From Selaginella moellendorffii (taxonomy: Eukaryota; Plantae; Lycopodiophyta): DNA of 64,000 bases. The stretch's first letter is position 1. Every line of letters starts with the position of its first letter. The stretch is taken from contig NW_003314407.1 in the NCBI RefSeq assembly GCF_000143415.4, forward strand, positions 239,748-303,747, given 5' to 3'. The translations under genes and the position numbers were made by a program. Positions 11,194 to 24,172 of the stretch are shown piece after piece. The notes below the pieces were generated by a model that was not told where the DNA came from, searched no databases, and saw nothing but the letters and a program-made list of their open reading frames with translations.

Positions 11194-13234
11194 CTATATA
11201 GCACCTGCCTTACACCAGCGTCGATCCGATTTGGTGACGATTATAACAAGTGCCGCCACCCAGAAGATACTCGTAGCAACGTTAGATATCCCCTCGTAAA
11301 AGATTATTGACCAGTGCCACTTTGGGAGATAGTCTCCCTCCAAAAATTGTGGAACTCCTTCCTTGTAGTGAAGCAGTGACTTGCGTTCCCCAGGCTTGTA
11401 GCTTTGTGGACACAAGATGTACATAATTGGTATGAGCATGTGTGCACAGGTGGAAAGTAGAAAAAACGATATGGCGATCACGTAGAAATCATTCTGGCAG
11501 TTTTTGCCACCTTGCTCGGCTATCCAATAAATCCTGTAGCCAACCACACCCAAAACCAGGAATATGTAGATAATGTGCACCCTTACGTGCTTGAGTTTGA
11601 CAAGGAACTTTGATCACCGCTGGTTGCTTCTTGAGCTTGGCTTGTGCTGCAGCACGGTCAATGTTGCTTGTTGGAGTGAATATAAAGGTGGAAGAGTTTG
11701 AAAAGATTGACTTGTATATCGTTTTGAAGAAGTAAGGGGTCATCCACTAGAAATGTGACTCGTCCCAGTTGCAACTTTGGATTGGCTGGGGAAGACTGAG
11801 CCATACCGCGAACCAAGACAGGTGCCAGTAGATAAGAAGAGCTGAGAGATTTATAAGAATGCGTCGGCTATTGTGAAAGGTGCCAACAATGAGGTCCAAG
11901 TTCAAGGCAAGGAGAACTATGAAGAGCAAGACCATTACAATGTTGAAAATTGAGATGAAGTAGTATACAGTGTGCCAGAAGTAGCACACCTTGAGTAGAA
12001 ATGAAAGCCTGCTCTTTGGCCCAAGCATCTCTCTCCATGTCGCAGAGAATTGCTGTATAGCTCCCTGGCACCACTGCCGCCGCTGCTTGATATATCCTTC
12101 AAACGTCCACGGTGTAAGACCAATCTAACAATCAAAGGTGGAGTCAACAAAAGTCACCGTGTTTTGAGCAACAAGCTTGCGGTTGAGGTAGACGGACTTG
12201 AAGCCCTGGTTGAAGAGCTTGAATGCGGTCAAGGTGTCTTCTGTGATTGACATTGGCTGGAAGCCTCCAATCTCGTCCAGATGTTTCCTTCGGAAGATTG
12301 CTCCAGTTCCAACGCACGGTGCGGCCCCAAATGTGTCCCTGTGAATCATGACACGCTCGTAGCCAAATACGCAAGCATCGTTTAGAGGATCTCCCACCGG
12401 AAGGTTGTAAAACGAATGAGGTATCTGTACGAATGACACTTTGGGGTCTTTCACGATATGAGAAAGTAAAGTCTTCAGGAACGATGGGTGAAGTATCATG
12501 TCTGCGTCCATCATCACCACGAACTCTGCGTCCGAATGCTCCAGGCCGTAGTTAAGGTTACCGCATTTGAAAAAGAACTGTTATAAAAGTTAAAAGCTGA
12601 CCTTTTCTCGACGAAGATATCGGACCGAAGCACTCGGAGGCTCAACATGCTCCAATACCTCACAGTATTGTTTCAGCTGATCGTCCCCTCCATCATCCAG
12701 GACCAAAACTCGAAACTGGTGCTTGGGATAATCCATAGCCAGGGCAGCCTGAATGGAATCCTCGGGAACGTCAGTGGGCTCTTTGCAGCAGGTAAGAAAT
12801 ATGTCAACCGTCGGAAGCTCTTCCCAATTCAACGACAAACTCTGACGGGGCCTCCATATTCGAGGTGGTAACACCAGATCTACAGCTGCAATAACGCTGT
12901 TCAGAAAGTATATCACCTCGCAGATCGTCAGAATTATCAGCCACGGCCTTCTCACAAGCTCGCCGGGATGCTTGGAGTAGACATAGAACCTGTAACCGAG
13001 GTAATTCACAAATGTAGCTATGTGTGCTGAGACAAGGAGGCAAATGATTGTGTGCCAGATTAGCTTTCCCCATGGAGATGCTTGAGGAGCGGCTGACAAA
13101 GAAGTGGATGATGAAGGAGAACTGGACGGAGAAGAAGAAGAAGAAGAAGACTCATGGGGAGCATTAGAGTCACTTTGGTCGCTAAGATTATCACTTGGCT
13201 GCTGCTGCAACTCAAGATCCCGCACACTAGACAT
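11194..13234 (-). pseudogene. GT2 type B pseudogene
   Basis: Relative to the 19821-21912 copy: intron-1 acceptor/exon-2 start deleted (~12570), exon-2 donor lost (~12173), QRRRW changed to QRRQW, TAG at 11747, frameshift at ~11610. Confidence 0.88.
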
Positions 13235-13532
13235 GATGCTGTGGGAGGAGGAATCTGGAACTTCTTACATATTCATGTTTGATAGGGTTATTATTGACGT
13301 GCCATGTCCGTCCAGCTGTCCATGTGCATTTTGGTTCAGCAGTCATTTTGTAGATCATGGACTTTCAATACCAATCTATCTTAGAAAACATTGCGAATCT
13401 TTTGATTTCGACCAAGCACGCGACGTGAATAGATGAACATGACTAACGATCTGACTGATGAATCACGCCGGCGAACCTCGACAGGCCAGCTAATTCTTTT
13501 ACGTGACCAAAGGTGTACAATGGTCTGTTTGA

Positions 13533-14837
13533 ATGTTAAATCAGATGTGTATTCGGAATGTAGTACTGAAAGAGAGCTGTATAAACCTTGTTGTTGACAT
13601 ACTTTCGAGAAGCGTCCAATTCCACCGAGTAGAACCTCTCGGCCTCGCGGTTACTCCCAAAGTTGATGCGCCGGGCGGACGACGACGCTGTCGTCAACCA
13701 TTGTACGATCCTTCTGAATTGCATGGTATCATTCCTGGGGAAGTGAGGCAGTCTATGATATTCGCTCTGTCATTGCTCGAATTGTGGACGGAAGCAAGTT
13801 TCACGAGTTCAAGAAGTTGTAAGCTTTTTAAAATTTGTAGACACTTCAATGCTCCTCCCAAAGAAAATTGTCACGGCCACCTCGGGGTCAGTGTCGAGAT
13901 GTAGATCCTCGTCAATGTCGAAGCTATAGTGATCGAGCTTCTCACAACCTGTTTAGGTCGTGTAGCTGAACAAGTAATCTCTATCGCCTTCTGATTACTA
14001 TATAGCGGGAAGAACGAGTGCGTTACCAACTGATCCTCTGTCACTGGCTCGTCCTTCTTGACAAACACCTTGAAGAAAACATTTTGATACCTCTTGATCC
14101 CAAAGCAGAACTTGTAGTCTGGTGGATCGACGTCCCAGTGAAAGATATGGCTTGTGGAGATACCGTAAGACTTTCTGGAGATTTTCGAGAGCACAACGCC
14201 TGTTCCAGTGCCGAGAGCCATGGCACCTCGGCAGATCGCAGCGGTGGGATTAAAAGGACAATGCACAGCTTCCACTGCTTCTTTGAATCGCACCTTGATC
14301 CTTTTCACCACGTACGGACTCTCGGAGAAGCCTCCAACCAGATATATGTACTTGATACCGTCAACTTTGTCAAAATTCTCCTCGATTAGCTGGATGGTTT
14401 TGTTGATTTCTGTGTCAAAGATTGCGCACATCTCCTCGCAGTCGATCTCAATCTCATGGTAGCACTCATCATCTCTCTGGAGCAAATCCCAGTTTCCTGT
14501 ATCAAACTCCCTGTCATGCTCTTTCCATGCCTTCGGCAGCTTTGGTGGAACTTTCATGAATTTGAACAAACATGCACTTGCCCTTGGGTCCGAGCCACCA
14601 GCTCAAGATCCTGTGGACCACATCCGGCTCCTGCTGCTTGAAAGTGTTGAAGCATCCAATCTTCTTGGTGAGAAACTCCAGAAAGTTAGAGTCGAAAAAA
14701 GTACCACCTCCAAGTGCTCCGGAGCGAGCGCCCGGCCAGTCGATGAAAAGATGGACATCCTCTGGATCAGAGCGATGCACAAAAGCAAAACTAGAGTAAG
14801 TCGTCCCGAAATCCAGACCCACGACAACCTTTGGCAA
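13533..14837 (-). pseudogene. HSPA12-like Hsp70 pseudogene (internally deleted)
   Basis: VVVGLDFGTTYSSFAF, GALGGGTFFDSNF, YLVGGFSESPY, AICRGA, SRKSYGI. Frameshifted and missing the middle of the ATPase domain. Confidence 0.75.
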
Positions 14838-14954
14838 TGGGGTGTCACAGAGTGCGAGCGATCCCGAGACAAGAAAAAAAAAAAAAAAAAAAACTCCTTT
14901 AAAAGAACAACTCGTTTTGGTTATCTTTCGCGTTTCTACTATGGACGTGACTAG

Positions 14955-16040
14955 TTAATGCGTGGCTGCGTCAAACCCCAGCGAGTAGAGCTTCTCGGGC
15001 TCAAGGTTGATCCCAAAGTTGATGCGCCGGGCAAACACCTTGATGCAGCTCCACCTTGCGGCCCTTGCCCAGCTGCAAATCCTCGCTGATATCAAAGTAG
15101 TAGCGGTAGACTGGTACTGCATCGCTGCTGGAGCCAAGCAAGCTAATGCCCATGATGGTATTGTTCGTGTTTAGAGGAACGAAGGTGCGTGTGACGGCCT
15201 CACTCTCTGACACTGTATCGTTCTTGGCACCACGATTGGCCCTCTCAGCATAGACTTGCATGCTGCCCTTGGCCTGGTCGCTCCAAGTCGCCGGGACTGT
15301 AAGACACCATTGCATGTCCCCGTACTTCGGCAGATGGTGGATCATAGATGTGCAAATGTTCCAACGTGTCAACGTTTAAATGCCGTTTAAAACATTTCAG
15401 GACAATCCAACGTTTACATATTAAAGCCTAAAATGATTAAGAAAACACTAATATTTACTAAAGACACTTTAATCTGATATTAAGTTTATAAAACCTAATC
15501 GAATAACATACTAAAACAAATGAAAGAAGAAGCCATTTTAGTCGTCATAGGCATTGCTTTGCATGTTTTCACACCTCTTGCCCGAACTCCAATGAGATGT
15601 GCTTGCACTTGGTCCACTCCCCCAATGTGAATCTCATGACAATACTTACATGTCCAATGCCGCTTTGCTCATATCACATGCTTCCAGCTCCAGCATTTGC
15701 GGTGTCCTCCAATTCCTGTCATGACCACAAGAACCCTGAAGAAACCCTAAAGAAACCCTAAAGAAACCTTTGTCTCTTTTCGCAAATAGTGCAAACGTTT
15801 AGAATGGCATTTTTGAACGCGTTTAAAACGTTACGTTTTTTAAGTTTCACATGTTTTCCGGCAACTATGTGGTGGATGATAAACACGGAAATAGATCTCA
15901 GGTAATCCACGACCAGCCTCTCCTCCTTCTCACTTCCTTCTTCAGTGCAGCAGCTTGGAACCCATCTCAAACACACCAACCTTTTGCTCGATCTCCTCCT
16001 GTGCAGGTGGAGTGAGGTCTTCTTTGAGCCAAGCCACCTT
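14955..16040 (-). pseudogene. Second HSPA12-like fragment, interrupted by a hAT element
   Basis: LVVDYLRSI..IIHH on one side of the insertion and WCLTVPATWSDQAK on the other. C-terminal RRINFG segment present. Confidence 0.7.
15343..15869 (-). mobile_element. Non-autonomous hAT transposon derivative (527 bp)
   Basis: Exact 8-bp TSD TGGTGGAT (15335-15342 and 15870-15877). Termini CATAGATG / CAACTATG. Minus-strand BED-finger remnant WKHVI*AKRHWTCKYCHEIHIGGVDQVQAHLIG..VKTC. Confidence 0.88.
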
Positions 16041-16224
16041 CGAAGCCGCTACAAAGCACAATCCACAAGCTTGAAAGATCCTTGCTTCTCCCCTGGAACA
16101 TAGAAGAGGCTCGACTGGGTCTTGCCAGGCCAGTCAATGAAGAGAACCAAAACCTGAGTAAGTTGTTCCAAAATCTAGACTAAACTCGATCCCTTGGAAG
16201 ATTTATATAAGCGCTATACAAAAT

Positions 16225-16698
16225 CCTACCAGTTGTGACGCTGCGCGAGCTTCGCCTGTAGCTCGGCCTCAGGGATGAGTCGCTTGCCAGCCTTCCATCG
16301 TTCCCTCCACCATTCCACAAGCTCTGCCTAGAGACCAAGCTTATCGATGGATCCATCCATGGAACTTTCTCTTACCTCTGTGAAGGAGTGATTCGAGACG
16401 TACTGACTGTCCACTGTGCACTCCATGTCTCCAAGATCCACAGAGACGGACATGTTCTTGTCATCACCACCTAGCTTCCGGATGGCTCCTGTTTATTTGG
16501 GGAGAACTTTACAAACTTCGGTGAAACGTTGCAAGAGCTTTAGTACCTCGTATTCATGCCATCCTGTAGCCGGTTCCACCAAGTTCTTTCTCCCATCTTC
16601 CAAACCTTAGCCGCAAGAAGAAGCCTCGCACATTTGTGTTGAAGTCTGGAGAATCCATCCATCTACACCCGAGAGATCTATGTTAGAAAGCAAGACAA
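16225..16698 (-). pseudogene. Orphan copy of TZP 3' (Plus3) exons
   Basis: Near-identical to ~25925-26400 and truncated at the duplication junction. Confidence 0.85.
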
Positions 16699-17176
16699 TC
16701 TCAAAGTTCTTCCGGTCTGCTATCATGCCCCTTGAGTTGGTATTCGCCCAACCAGGCTGAATGTGTTGGAGTTGTGGAGGTGTATGCTGTCAAGGTTTAT
16801 GTCTAAATAGTTAATAGCGTCCCAAGTGAAAAATGCCGAGTAGACTCTTATTATGTCCGGACATTAAGCCTTGTAGTTAACCTGTCGAAACAAGTCTTCC
16901 AACCAGAATGACAGCTGATAGTCTTGGATAGCACGCAATTGTCCATCACCAAATCGCCCCTCAAACAAGTCCTTCACGCTCATCATGCCGATGAGCAGAA
17001 AGCCCTGAACCTTATACATCGTGCCATCGTCTTTCATACGTTTGATGGTGTGGTACAGCTTGTCCAGGCAACATCGGGCTGGACGTAGTAAAAGTCCCTG
17101 TGCTAGCAGATGGTGTGACGAAAGTCCGCTGGCGCATTCTTCCCAAAACCCTTTAAACAAGACTTTATGTAAGCTT

Positions 17177-19231
17177 TTATACAGCACCAGTTTTACACCA
17201 TTGGCGAACTGCCTTAGTGACAGCAATAACAAGTGCTGCCACCCAGAAAATCACCACAACCACGTTAGCTATGGCCTCGTAAAACATGGCTGACCAGTGC
17301 CACTTTGGGAGATGGTCTCCCTCCACGAAATGTGGAACCTTTTCCTTGTAGTGAAGCAGCCCCTTGCGCTGCCCAGGCTTGTAGCTGGGCGGACACAAAA
17401 TGTACACAATTGGTACAAGCATGTGTGTACAAGTTGAAAGAAGAAAGAAGGACATTGCGATCACGTAAAAATCATGGCTGCAATTTCGGCCTCTTTGCTT
17501 CGCTACCCAGGAAATTCTGTAGGCCACCACTGCCAAGACCAGGAGTATGTAGATGATGTGAACCTTTACATGTTTGAGCTTGACAAGGAAAAATTTGATC
17601 AAGGCTGGCTGCTTGGTGAGCTTGGCCTGTGCTGCAACTCGATCGATGCTGCTTGTTGGAGTGAATGTGAAAGTGGAAGAGTACGAAAAGATGGACTTAT
17701 ATATGGTTTGGAGGAAGAAGGGTGTCATCCACCAGAAATGTGACTCGTCCGATGGATTGTGGAAGACTGAGCCAGACTGACATCCAAGAAAGGCGCCAGA
17801 AAATGAGGAAGATGGCGAGCTGTATGATAACACGCCGCGCCTCATGGGAGGTGCCGATCATGAGGTCAAAGTGAAGTGCAAGACAAACGATGAAGAGGAG
17901 AAGCATAACAAGGTTGACGATTGCGATGAAGTAGTATCCCGTGCGCCAGAAGAAACTCACCTTGAGAACCAAGGAGAGTTTACTCTTTGGCCCAAGCATC
18001 TCTCTCCATGTCGCAGAGAATTGCTGTATAGCTCCCTGGCACCACCGCCGCCGCTGCTTGATATATCCTTCAAACGTCCACGGTGTAAGACCAATCTAAC
18101 AATCAAAGGTGGAGTCAACAAAAGTCACCGTGTTTTGAGCAACAGCAGACCTGAAGCTTGCGGTTGAGGTAGACGGACTTGAAGTCCTGGTTGAAGAGCT
18201 TGAATGCGGTCATGGTGTCTTCTGTGATTGACATTGGCTGGAAGCCTCCAATCTCGTCCAGATGTTTCCTTCGGAAGATTGCTCCAGTTCTAACGCATGG
18301 TGCGGCCCCAAATGTGTCCCTGTGAATCATGACACGCTCGTAGCCAAATACGCAAGCATCGTTTAGAGGGTCTCCCACTGGCAGGTTATAAAACGATTGA
18401 GGGATTTGCACGAATGACACTTTGGGGTCCTTCACTATGTGAGGGAGCAAAGTCTTCAAGAATGAGGGGTGAAGTATCATGTCTGCGTCCATTGTCACCA
18501 CGAACTCCGCGTCGGAATGCTCCAGGCCGTAGTTAAGATTACCGCATTTGAAGTTGTGTGGGACTCCTGGAATCTGCAACAGTGAGATCATGAGCACGCA
18601 CTGGGAAGGGAATAACAATATTGTAAGCTACCTTCTTTCTACGAAGATATTTGACACAAGCACTCTCCAATTCCTCACAGTATCGTTTTAGCTCATCGTC
18701 CCCTCCATCATCAAGGACCAAAACTCGAAACTGGTGCTTGGGATAATCCATGGCCAGGGCAGCCTGAATGGAATCCTCGGGAACGTCAGTGGGCTCTTTA
18801 TAGCAGGGAAGAAATATGTCAACCGTCGGAAGCTCTTCCCAATTCAACGATAAACACTGACGGGGCCGCCATATTCGAGGCGGTAATACCAGATCCGCAG
18901 CCGAAATAACGCTGCTCGCAAAGTATATCACCTCGCAAGTCGTCAAAACTATCAGTCACGGCCTTCTCACGAGCTCTCCGGGATGTTTAGAGTAGACATA
19001 GACCCTGTAAACGAGGTAATTCGCAAATGCAGCTATGTGTGCACAGACAAGGATGGAGATAATAGTGTGCCAGATTAGCTTCCCCCAATGTGGTGTCGAT
19101 ATTGGATGAAGAGAAGACAAATTGGATGAAGATGGAGAAGAAGAATCATGGGAATCGCTTTGATCACTAAGATGATCACTTGGTGGTGTCTGGTGCTGCA
19201 GTTGCAACTCAATATCTCCAACGCTAGACAT
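17177..19231 (-). pseudogene. GT2 type A pseudogene
   Basis: W-to-TGA at 18956, a ~14-bp frameshifting deletion at ~17750 relative to copy A1, and VGTG changed to VRTG. Confidence 0.88.
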
Positions 19232-19820
19232 GCTACTATCTTAATGAGTTTCCTTCGTTCCAGAGAATTTATTCGTGACCATAGTTTACTTTTCGTACAG
19301 CTGCATTTGTGTATGGTTGGTTGCTGTCTTGCAAATTATGTCTTGAATCGTGTAAAGTTCCACTGAGAAGAGTTTTTTCGTAATCATGTTAAGAACTGCA
19401 AGCGAAAACAAAATATCATGTGTAAAAGCCAGCTAAGTATTCCGGTTTACATTGGTGGTGTACCATATGACGCCGACCAAATCAGAATTGTCCACAAACT
19501 GCCTTCGATTCTACATGTGTTTTTGCAAATCAAGTAGCGTGTTCAATTCTACTTCTTTCTGCTACCGACAACTTGTCTTCGTCTTGCAATACAAGTTTGA
19601 CTGCGATAGCACAAAGGTTAGTATTCAAGACCGTGTGAGTCTGATGCCTCTTTTCAGGAAACTTATATGTTGACCACACTAGCAATCTTCAAGAGATCGC
19701 TAGGACAGAAAACAGAACTACAGAGAAGAAGGCACAAATGCAAAAAGGAACTCTCGCTATACGTAGATAAACAGGCTAGTTTGCCACTTTATTGAATAAA
19801 GAAGTGCAAGTGTTGATTGA

Positions 19821-21912
19821 CTATATAGCACTTGCCTTACACCAGCGTCGATCTGATTTGGTGACGATTATGACAAGTGCCGCCACCCAGAAGATACTCG
19901 TAGCAACGTTAGATATCCCCTCGTAAAAGATTATTGACCAGTGCCACTTTGGGAGATAGTCTCCCTCCAAAAATTGTGGAACTCCTTCCTTGTAGTGAAG
20001 CAGTGACTTGCGTTCCCCAGGTTTGTAGCTAGGAGGGCACAAGATGTACATAATTGGTATGAGCATGTGTGCACAGGTGGAAAGTAGAAAAAACGATATG
20101 GTGATCACGTAGAAATTATTCTGGCAGTTTTTGCCACCTTGCTTGGCTATCCAATAAATCCTGTAGCCAACCACACCCAAAACCAGGAATATGTAGGTAA
20201 TGTGCACCCTTACGTGCTTGAGCTTGACAAGGAACTTGATCACTGCTGGTTGCTTCTTGAGCTTGGCTTGTGCCGCAGCACGGTCAATGTTGCTTGTTGG
20301 AGTGAATATAAAGGTGGAAGAGTATGAAAAGATCGACTTGTATATCGTTTTGAAAAAGTAGGGGGTCATCCACCAGAAATGTGACTCGTCCCGGTTGCGA
20401 CTTTGGATTGGCTGGGGAAGACTGAGCCATACTGCGAACCAAGACAGGCGCCAGCAGATAAGAAGAGTTGAGAGATTTATAAGAATGCGTCGGCTATCAT
20501 GAAAGGTGCCAACAATGAGGTTCAAGTTTAAGGCAAGGAGAACTATGAAGAGCAAGACCATTACAGTGTTGAAAATTGGGATGAAGTAGTATCCAGTGTG
20601 CCAGAAGTACCACACCTTGAGTAGGAATGAAAGCCTGCTCTTTGGCCCAAGCATCTCTCTCCATGTCGCAGAGAATTGCTGTATAGCTCCCTGGCACCAC
20701 CGCCGCCGCTGCTTGATATATCCTTCAAGCGTCCACGGTGTAAGACCAATCTAACAATCAAAGGTGAAGTCAACAAAAGTCGCCGTGTTTTGAGGAACAG
20801 CAGACCTGAAGCTTGCGGTTGAGGTAGACGGACTTGAAGCCCTGGTTGAAGAGCTTGAATGCGGTCAAGGTGTCTTCTGTGATTGACATTGGCTGGAAGC
20901 CTCCAATCTCGTCCAGATGTTTCCTTCGGAAGATTGCTCCAGTTCCAACGCACGGTGCGGCCCCAAATGTGTCCCTGTGAATCATGACACGCTCGTAGCC
21001 AAATACGCAAGCATCGTTTAGAGGATCTCCCACCGGAAGGTTGTAAAACGACTGAGGTATCTGTACGAATGACACTTTGGGGTCTTTCACGATATGAGGA
21101 AGTAAAGTCTTCAGGAACGATGGGTGAAGTATCATGTCTGCGTCCATCATCACCACGAACTCCGCGTCCGAATGCTCCAGGCCGTAGTTAAGGTTACCGC
21201 ATTTGAAGTTGTGTGGAACTCCTGGAATCTGTAACAAATGGTCATGTAAAAAGAACTGTTAGAAAAGTTAAAAGCTGACCTTTACTCGACGAAGATATCG
21301 GACCGAAGCACTCGGAGGCTCGACATGCTCCAATACCTCACAGTATTGTTTCAGCTGATCGTCCCCTCCATCATCCAGGACCAAAACTCGAAACTGGTCC
21401 TTGGGATAATCCATAGCCAGGGCAGCCTGAATCGAATCCTCTGGAACGTCAGTGGGCTCTTTGCAGCAGGTAAGAAATATGTCAACCGTCGGAAGCTCTT
21501 CCCAATTCAACGACAAACTCTGACGGGGCCTCCATATTCGAGGTGGTAACACCAGATCCACAGCTCCAATAACGCTATTCAGAAAGTATATCACCTCGCA
21601 GATCGTCAGAATTATCAGCCACGGCCTTCTCACAAACTCGCCAGGATGCTTGGAGTAGACATAGAACCTGTAACCGAGGTAATTCACAAATGTAGCTATG
21701 TGTGCTGAGACAAGGAGACAAATGATTGTGTGCCAGATTAGCTTTCCCCATGGAGATGCTTGAGGAGCAGCTAACACAGATGTGGATGATGAAGGAGAAC
21801 TGGACGGAGAAGAAGAAGAAGAAGAAGATTCATGGGGAGCATTAGAGTCACTTTGGTCGCTAAGATTATCACTTGGCTGCTGCTGCAACTCAAGATCCTG
21901 CACGCTAGACAT
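19821..21912 (-). CDS. GT2 processive glucan synthase type B, intact (exons 21912-21280, 21228-20806, 20750-19821; ~661 aa)
   Basis: Same D, DxD, TED and QRRRW motif set as type A. Exon lengths keep frame with no stops. Confidence 0.88.
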
Positions 21913-22259
21913 GATGCTGTGGGAGGAGGAATCTGGAACTTCTTACATATTCATGTTTGATAGGGTTATTATTGACGTTCCGTCCAGCTGTCCATGTGCA
22001 TTTTGGTTCAGCAGTCATTTTGTAGATCATGGACTTTCAATACCAATCTATCTTAGAAAACATTGCGAATCTTTTGATTTCGACCAAGCACGCGACGTGA
22101 ATAGATGAACATGACTAACGATCTGACTGATGAATCACGCCGGCGAACCTTGACAGGCCAGCTAATTCTTTTACGTGACCAAAGGTGTACAATGGTCTGT
22201 TTTAATGTTAAATCAGATGTGTATTCGGAATGTAGTACTGAAAGAGAGCTGTATAAACC

Positions 22260-24000
22260 TTGTTTACTTGTTGACATACTTTCGAGAAGCGTCCAATTCC
22301 ACCGAGTAGAACCTCTCGACTCGCAGTTACTCCCAAAGTTGATGCGCCGGGCAGACACTTCAATGCTGCTCCTCCAAGAGAAAATTGTCACGGCCACCTC
22401 GGGGTCAGTGTCGAGGTGTAGATCCTCGTCAATGTCGAAGCTATAGTGATCGAGCTTCTCACAACCTGTTTAGGTGGTGTAGCTGAACAAGTAATCTCTA
22501 TCGCCTATATACCGGGAAGAACGAGTGCGTTACCAACTGATCCTCCGTCACTGGCTCGTCCTTCTTGACAAACACCTTGAAGAAAACATTTTGATACCTC
22601 TCGATCTCAAAGAAGTCCAAGAACTTGTACTCTGGTGGATCGACACCAGCGAAAGATATGGCTTGTGGAGATACCGTAAGACTTTCTGGAGATTCTCGAG
22701 AGCACAACGCCTGTTCCAGTGCCGAGAGCCACGGCACCTCGGCAGATCGCAGCGGTGGGATTAAAAGGACAATGCACAGCTTCCACTGCTTCTTTGAATC
22801 GCACCTTGATCCTTTTCACCACGTACGGACTCTCGGAGAAGCCTCCAACCAGATATATGTACTTGATACCGTCAACTTTGTCAAAATTCTCCTCGATTAG
22901 CTGGATGGTTTTGTTGATTTCTGTATCAAAGATTGCGCACATCTCCTCGCAGTCGATCTCAATCTCATGGTAGCACTCATCATCTCTCTGGAGCAAATCC
23001 CAGTTTCCTGTATCAAACTCCCTGTCATGCTCTTTCCATGCCTTCGGCAGCTTTGGTGGAACTTTCATGAATTTGGACAAACGTGCACTTGCCCTTGGGT
23101 CCGAGCCACCAGCTCAGGATCCTGTGGACCACATCCGGTTCCTGCTGCTTGAAAGTGTTGAAGCATCCAATCTTCTTGGTGAGAAACTCCAGAAAGTTAG
23201 AGTCGACGTAAGTACCACCTCCAGGTGCTCCGGAGCTAGCACGAGCTTCATGGACCCTGTGGGTGACGCAATTCTCCTTCTTGTGCACAACAATATCAAT
23301 AGTTCCACCACCAATGTCCGCCACCAAGAACTTGTCCCCTCAAGAAAGGGAGACACTACCACAGTAGAATGACGTCACCTCCGTCTCCAAGATGATCCTC
23401 GGAGGGTAAACAGTTCACAAAAGTTACCTCTCACAAGCTCAGCCTTCTTGGAGTTCTTGTTGTCGGTGATAAAACTTTGCATTTTTTTGTTGTTCTAATG
23501 AAGTGTTGAGATTCCAGAGAATATTCGAAAGAAGGGGAAGCGAGAGGAAAATAGTGGAGCTTAGTGTGAGCCAGAGATGGAACACAGTATAGAGTTGATG
23601 TGGTGATGTGGTGTATTCAAGTGTGGTGATGTGCAGAGCAAATGAGGCTATTTGAAGTGTGACTACATTGTGGGCAAGGGGTTTTGCTATTAGTTGAAGT
23701 CTTGGCTGAATTGTTGAAGGAATAGAAACTTTTGTTCCTAGTATTTCCTACACAGCTCTTGGAGTATGAGTTCAGGTTCTAGTTGGACTTGTAACTGTCT
23801 TACGTTGCAAATCCACTCTTGCCCACAATGTGGGGCACACTGTACTCACTCGCTACTGACCAGATAGCTCGCTTGCTCCCCACGTCGCCACACTCGAGTA
23901 TGCCACATCACCGTAGTATGAGCTCCAGGCTAGTCGGTGAAAAGATGGACGTCCTGTGGATCGGAGCTATGCACGGTAAAGGAGATTGCAGAAGCCATAA
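22260..24000 (-). pseudogene. HSPA12-like Hsp70 pseudogene (copy 2), with unrelated insertion at ~23350-23925
   Basis: VADIGGGTIDIVVH and YLVGGFSESPY, frameshifted. N-terminal remnant at ~23930-24000. Confidence 0.75.
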
Positions 24001-24172
24001 CTAGCTAGCCTAAACAAAACCCTATGCTCGAGGCACGCTCACGATATTCTCGGGATATGGCCTTAAGTTTAGTCAGATCTTTTAAATGAGACTTTTACTA
24101 GCACACAGATAGAAAAGCATGAAGAACTACTAAGACAAAAAACACGGAGAAGAACTTGTCACTCGCTAGACT

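Noticed and set aside
15728-15770. AAACCCT repeats as interstitial telomere
   Set aside because: Only a few degenerate 11-bp-spaced units inside the hAT element.
8496-21912. Bacterial contamination explaining the BcsA-like genes
   Set aside because: The genes have spliceosomal introns and are contiguous with plant genes.
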